A DNA stretch of 64,000 nt from a bacterium (GTDB lineage: Bacteria > Hinthialibacterota > Hinthialibacteria > Hinthialibacterales > Hinthialibacteraceae). Where the stretch lies: the NCBI GenBank assembly GCA_963663405.2, contig CAXXSM010000122.1:1-64000 (forward strand), read 5' to 3'. Shown here in pieces: positions 58,902-64,000 of the stretch. The position numbers and the translations under genes were made by a program. The notes below the pieces were generated by a model. That model did no database searches. It was not told where the DNA came from and saw only the letters and a list, made by a program, of their open reading frames with translations. Each line of letters starts with the position of its first letter. Position 1 is the stretch's first letter.

Positions 58902-60368
58902 TCATGGCGTTTTTTTCTTGTAATCCGGATTCGGTTTAGGCATTTTAGCGTTCATTTGTTTCTGCCATCGATGAAGCATTCCTGTCAATTCCCGCGCTTT
59001 TCCCGGCATTTCCTTTGAGAGATCGTTACGTTCACCGATATCCTCTTTCAAATGATACAATTCGATCTTTTCCTTATCGTAGAACTCGATCAGTTTCCAA
59101 TCCCCAGCGCGCACGGAAGCCCCTGGGGTCCATGCGCTGCCATGATAGTGGGGGATAGTGCCAATAAATCGCGTCCCTGGCCAGTGATTCGGCGCCTTTA
59201 AGCAAGGGAACCAGACTGCGGCCGTCACAATGTTGTTCAGGCATAGGATCGATTCCAGCCAATTCAAGCATGGTTGGATAGAAATCCATGCTGACGACCG
59301 GTGTATCAGAAACCACGCCTGGCCTGGTGACACCAGGAGCGCGAATGAGCAACGGCTCGCGAACGCCTCCTTCATAGAGCCAGCCTTTCCCCGCGCGAAG
59401 AGGCAGGTTGCATGTGGGATACCCACGATTGCGCAACGTCGAGAGACCGCCGTTATCGGATGTAAAAATCACAACAGTATTCTCCGCGAGTTGCAATTCA
59501 TCAAGTTTATCCAGTACACGTCCCACATTCTCATCCATCGCGTAAACCATCGACGCGTACTCCGGATTATCTTGGCGAAGTTTGGTCACACCATCATGCT
59601 CTTGAATCTCGCTGGGACCGTCCATCGGCGGCAGCGCATTCGCTTTTGCTTGGAATTTCTCGAGATGCCGTTTGCATGCCTGTATCGGCGTATGGACGGT
59701 GTAAAACGATAGATAAAGAAGAAAGGGCCGCTCGTGAGGACGTTCGAGGAATCGGATCGATTCATCGGTCAGCCGGTCCGTTAAATATTCGCCTTCCGGC
59801 CCATCAGAAAGTTTTGGATTTTTATAGGGCGAATAATAACCATTGGGAGGCGAGCCACGATGATGCCCTCCAAAATTAAAATCGAATCCCTGATCCTCCG
59901 GGAAGAATCCCGTATCACCCAGATGCCATTTCCCAGCGAAAAGACGTTTCATACCCATGTTTCTTTAATGCCTCGGCGATTGTGATCTCTTCCAAGGGCA
60001 GCTGATGAAGATCTGTTGTGCCCAACAATTTTCGATCTTGAGGATCCTGCCCAGGAATCCAATCGGTGATATTCAAACGCGCTGGATACTTGCCGGTCAT
60101 AATCGCCGCGCGTGTTGGGGAACAAACCGGGCAGGCGGCGTAGCCGTTTGAAAAACGCATACTCGACGCGGCCAATCGGTCGAGATTCGGGGTTTCATAA
60201 AACGTGGAACCGTAACACCCCAGATCCGCCCATCCCAGATCGTCCAACAAGAAAGAAAACAAAATTCGGCGGCTTTTTCATCTCTCCCGCCGAAAGAGTT
60301 TGATTCATGGCAAAATACGATAAACCACAGCTGGAAAGTCTCAAGAAATCACGCCGCTTGATACTCAT
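58902..60368 (-). CDS. Sulfatase (FGly-dependent) with Tat signal; frameshifted
   Basis: [46 protein letters not shown] and ELY.L..D.GE motifs. Confidence 0.87.
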
Positions 60369-60607
60369 AATCGAATAACCTCAATCGGAGAATCTACGAA
60401 CAATCCTGATCATACCATTCATCCATAGAAAAATGATTTACCCGATTATCTCAGAATCTCCTTACGGCGTCTACCAGCGCTAGAATAGTAGCAAGAAAGA
60501 CTCAACCAAGCAAAACATATTCCAAGAAAAAGCCCCCGGCGCCTTGTTTGAACAGAGATAAAAGATATAATAGTAAAACTTTAGAGTTAAAGAATTCCTA
60601 CAAAAAT

Positions 60608-60684
60608 AGGCGTGTAGCTCAATTTGGCAGAGCAGCTGACTCCAAATCAGCAGGTTGGGGGTTCGAGTCCCTCCACGCCTGCCA
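60608..60684 (+). tRNA. tRNA-Trp (CCA)
   Basis: Acceptor stem AGGCGTG/CACGCCT, anticodon arm GCTGA-CTCCAAA-TCAGC, GTTCGAGT T-loop, encoded CCA end. Confidence 0.96.
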
Positions 60685-60733
60685 CTGAAAACACTAGACT
60701 TACGTTCCCATAACTCACTTTAGGCAATTTAAT

Positions 60734-60755
60734 TTTTGCCCAAATTTTGCCCAAA
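60734..60755. repeat. Tandem 11-bp direct repeat; candidate integrase arm-type sites
   Basis: TTTTGCCCAAA x2 between the tRNA 3' end and the integrase stop codon. Confidence 0.5.
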
Positions 60756-61177
60756 TTATTCCTCCCCATCATTACTTATGTTTCCTTGATGAAGATTATT
60801 GAAGATATTTCCATCATTGGAACCAAGAGTTTTTTCTACATATTTACTGTACACTTTGATGATCATCTCGGTATTTCTATGACCTAAAACACGGGCGATC
60901 CACAATGGATTCTCCCCACAACTCAAAGCGTTAGTAGCGAAACTATGTCGAGTTTGCCTCATCTCTCTAATTTCTAAACCTGCTTTTTCAAGAGTCGGAA
61001 TCCATACTCTTCGACGAAAATTGCTAGGATGAATTTGAGTACCCGTTGGAGTACAAAAGAAATAATCGGCTAATTCGAATCGATCGAAAATCTTCTGTTG
61101 CTCAAGCAAGGATTCTAGCATCACAGGAAGAAGTTTTATCGAACGGCGGCTGAATTTATTTTTTGTATTTCCCTCAA
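60756..61177 (-). pseudogene. C-terminal fragment of a phage/island tyrosine integrase, truncated by an IS
   Basis: TKN..S.R, RQTRHSFAT, LGH and VY motifs; N-terminal part absent. Confidence 0.85.
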
Positions 61178-62594
61178 CTCGTAAGGTCAAAAAAGTCGAC
61201 CGAACTATAACCACCCTCGATTAAAAGACTTGTAATAATGACTCATCCATGATTTCGGCCCATTGACATACTGCTTTCCTGCTTCGATTCTATGGCAATC
61301 ACTATGAATCTGGGGGTACGATGAATTTTATTTTTCAGCCATGGCAATTCTTATTGCTCATCATCGCGGGTTGGGTAAATCGAGAGCAGCAACAGGTGAT
61401 CGAGTTTCTGCGGACAGAGGTCGATATACTCCTCGAAGTCCAAGGTAAAAAGCGTATTCTGCTTAACGATAAACAACGGGCTCGGCTTGCGGTCAAAGGA
61501 AAGACTCTGGGGCGGAAAATTTTGAAGGAAATCTCGACAATCTTCACCCCGGATACGATTCTTCGCTGGCATCGTGAACTGGTGGCTCAGAAATGGAACT
61601 ATAGTGAACATCGACAGAAGATCGGACGACCTCCAATCTCACAAGAGGTCATCGAACTCGTTCTCCGTATGGCTCGAGAAAATCCCACCTGGGGCTATGA
61701 CCGGATTCAAGGCGCGCTGGCCAACCTTGGTCATGACATTTCGGATCAGAGTGTCGGCAATATTCTCCAGAAACATGGAATCGAACCGGCGCCGACACGC
61801 AAGCAGCAGACCACATGGTCCACATTTATCCAAGCTCATTGGGACGTTTTAGCCGCCATTGATTTTACGACGGTTGAGATCTGGACAATAGGCGGGTTGG
61901 TTACCATCTACCTGCTCTTCGTGATGGAACTCAAGACACGGCGCGTTCATTTCGCTGGTTGTACCTCCAATCCTGAGGAAGCGTGGATGAAGCAAATCGG
62001 ACGAAATCTAACCGACGCCGAAGATGGATTTCTCAATGGCATGCGTTATGTGCTCATGGATCGGGATGGGATATTCTGTCCGGCTTTTAGAAAATTGTTG
62101 AAAGACGCCGGTGTGAAGCCGGTCCGTTTACCACCGCGGAGCCCGAATTTGAATTCCCATTTGGAGAGATATCATAGATCCTTAAAAGAGGAAAGTTTAA
62201 ACCGAATGATTTTCTTTGGTGAGCGTTCCCTGCGTAATGCGGTTCGCGAATTCCTTGCTCATTATCATCATGAAAGAAACCACCAAGGCCTGAATAACCA
62301 TATCATTGATCCCGGTGAAGAAATCGGGAGAATTTCAGGTGACATACAATCTCGTGAGCGTCTCGGTGGTATGTTACGATACTATTACCGCGATGCAGCG
62401 TAATGCGCTTTACTTCAGTTAAGCCATTCCGAAAGTCTGTCCACCAAACTTCCGATTGTTGACTTTTCACGATCGAAACATACCAAAACTGTACAAGACT
62501 GAATCACACACGATCGAGATTTATGCTAAATGGTGATATCAAGTTATTATTCTACAAGAACTTGATTGTCATTCGAGTTTTTTGACCATACGGG
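61178..62594 (+). mobile_element. IS with an rve (integrase-core) DDE transposase, about 1.4 kb; family uncertain (IS3/IS481-like)
   Basis: IRs CGTAAGGTCAAAAAAGTCGA / CGTATGGTCAAAAAACTCGA (18/20 match); no TSD visible. Confidence 0.8.
61321..62403 (+). CDS. Integrase-core-domain transposase
   Basis: TPDTILRWHR, ENP.WGYDRIQG, IDF, DRD, SPNLN...ER...SLKEE and LGG.L.YY.R motifs. Confidence 0.9.
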   Translation: MNFIFQPWQFLLLIIAGWVNREQQQVIEFLRTEVDILLEVQGKKRILLNDKQRARLAVKGKTLGRKILKEISTIFTPDTILRWHRELVAQKWNYSEHRQKIGRPPISQEVIELVLRMARENPTWGYDRIQGALANLGHDISDQSVGNILQKHGIEPAPTRKQQTTWSTFIQAHWDVLAAIDFTTVEIWTIGGLVTIYLLFVMELKTRRVHFAGCTSNPEEAWMKQIGRNLTDAEDGFLNGMRYVLMDRDGIFCPAFRKLLKDAGVKPVRLPPRSPNLNSHLERYHRSLKEESLNRMIFFGERSLRNAVREFLAHYHHERNHQGLNNHIIDPGEEIGRISGDIQSRERLGGMLRYYYRDAA

Positions 62595-63202
62595 ATAGAT
62601 TGCGACTAGCAGACATAATAGTTCAAATGGCCAAAAAACCAACAACCAATGAGATTGCACGACAATTATTTATTGGAGATCAATATTTGATATTTACTAA
62701 AATCATACAGACGTTTCAAGATGAGGAAAATCTGACTCGAGAAGAACGCCAAAGTTACTATCACCAGTTAGACAAAATCCTTCTATCTGGAATTGAAGAT
62801 TCAAAGACGCGAATTGTCTCGATCCAAATTGATTCTCTCTATAAAAAAGGAGAATTTCTTAATTCAATTCGAACGTTGGTAAAGTTTTATGTTCTTTTTA
62901 ATAATAATCCATCTTGTGTGAGTGGTTTCCCCCAAACATCCACATCTCTTCAAACGATTATTCCAACATTCAAGCACATACTGGATCAAAAAGAATCAAT
63001 GGGAAAAATATCAACGGTTGTTCGACATCTAATCAAGTATAATCATTTATTTCCTGACTGTAACCTTGAATACATAGATTCTTATCTAGACGATATTGCT
63101 ACGAAAAAACATCTCACAGCAAACAAGGAAGATAAAAATGAAATCAATTACTTAAAAAGTCGAGTCAAAATAAAGAAAGAAGAAATGTTAAAAAAGAATT
63201 GA
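62595..63202 (+). pseudogene. AT-rich hypothetical gene, probably 5'-truncated by the IS
   Basis: The frame is open from inside the IS right end; low GC; no family recognised. Confidence 0.45.
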
Positions 63203-63624
63203 TTCACGGTACAATGAAGAAACATGCAATAACTTGACTTATTTGGATCAGCAGGAGCATTTGAATAGAAACACACGTTTTTTAAACTATTACTCTATCT
63301 CTCTTCCCTTAGCGCATTGCCAGAATTGCGTGACAATGGCAGCATTAGAAAATGGGGCAGGTAGAAGAAAACCACGAACATACATGAGGAATACACTATT
63401 ACTCCACCCGGAACGTCGGGCTTTCCTCGGATTTGTCATGCCGCTTGTCGTAGAGGCGGGTAGTGGCGATATTGACGTGTCCGAGCCAGGTTTGCACCTT
63501 AGCGATATCGGCTTCGTGTTCGAGGGCGTTGGAGGTGGTGGCAGCTCGCAGGGAGTGAACGCAGAGGCCAGGGAAGTAGATATTTGCTTTCCTACAATAA
63601 TAAAGAACAATCTTATAACTGCAC

Positions 63625-63862
63625 TCACCAGCAGCCTGCAGAGATCATCTACGCGCGCGCCGGTGGCCCAGAGCATGTCGATAAATAATAAATCCCGCCA
63701 GTGGTAGAATTCCGATTTGGCGGTGTATTTTTTCTTCAACCAGTAGTCCTGGATAATTTCCCGTAGCCGCTGGCATTCGGCGAAGGTAATATGCGGAGGA
63801 AGTTCATCCACGTGGGTAGAGAGTAGCGCTGTTGGTCCGATGAGAGATGGGAGTTTGCTCAT
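63625..63862 (-). pseudogene. N-terminal fragment of a small tyrosine recombinase/resolvase
   Basis: LP.HIT..E...RDLL..MLWATGARVDDL..L box I; the frame then runs into unrelated sequence lacking HxxR/Y. Confidence 0.6.
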
Positions 63863-64000
63863 AGGATCAATATTGGGATTGAGGCGGGAGAACGTGCAAA
63901 ATAGTTAACGGTATAGTAAAAGTGTTAACCAATCATTTTTTGTAGTAATTTTGAATGAGTTCGAGAAAACGTCGATTTCCTCCGTTGCTGAACGCTGTTA

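Overview
This 64 kb window comes from a bacterial chromosome of a probably diderm, glycan-degrading organism. It carries many Sec/Tat-exported CAZymes, esterases and sulfatases, plus outer-membrane beta-barrels. From memory only, the style of the secreted proteins recalls Ca. Hinthialibacterota/OLB16-type genomes; this is unverified. Layout: glycan-degradation genes (1-15 kb, 40-44 kb, 46-60 kb); three tandem paralog pairs (WD40-like proteins, TIGR02001-like porins, acidic secreted proteins); a histidine kinase / CBS / receiver-DASS-permease fusion / response regulator / sigma54 activator / cysC block; queF and pcrA; tRNA-Trp followed by the decayed edge of an integrative island. Mobile DNA: two inverted 1984-bp IS4 (IS50-like) copies with an extra small ORF, both sitting in the same register of a REP-like hairpin; one ISL3 that splits a WD40 gene (8-bp TSD); one rve-type IS in the island. 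Many genes are split at homopolymers, most likely by long-read indel errors. Best candidates for something new: (1) a shared 9-residue C-terminal tail, T-x-[VI]-x-x-[WA]-x-[LV]-[HQ]-COOH, on five exported proteins from three unrelated families, possibly a lineage-specific sorting/secretion signal; (2) the REP-core-targeting two-gene IS4; (3) the receiver-domain-fused DASS transporter module; (4) two dispersed structured non-coding repeat families. No CRISPR array or rRNA gene was seen. All family assignments are motif recognition by eye; no searches were run.
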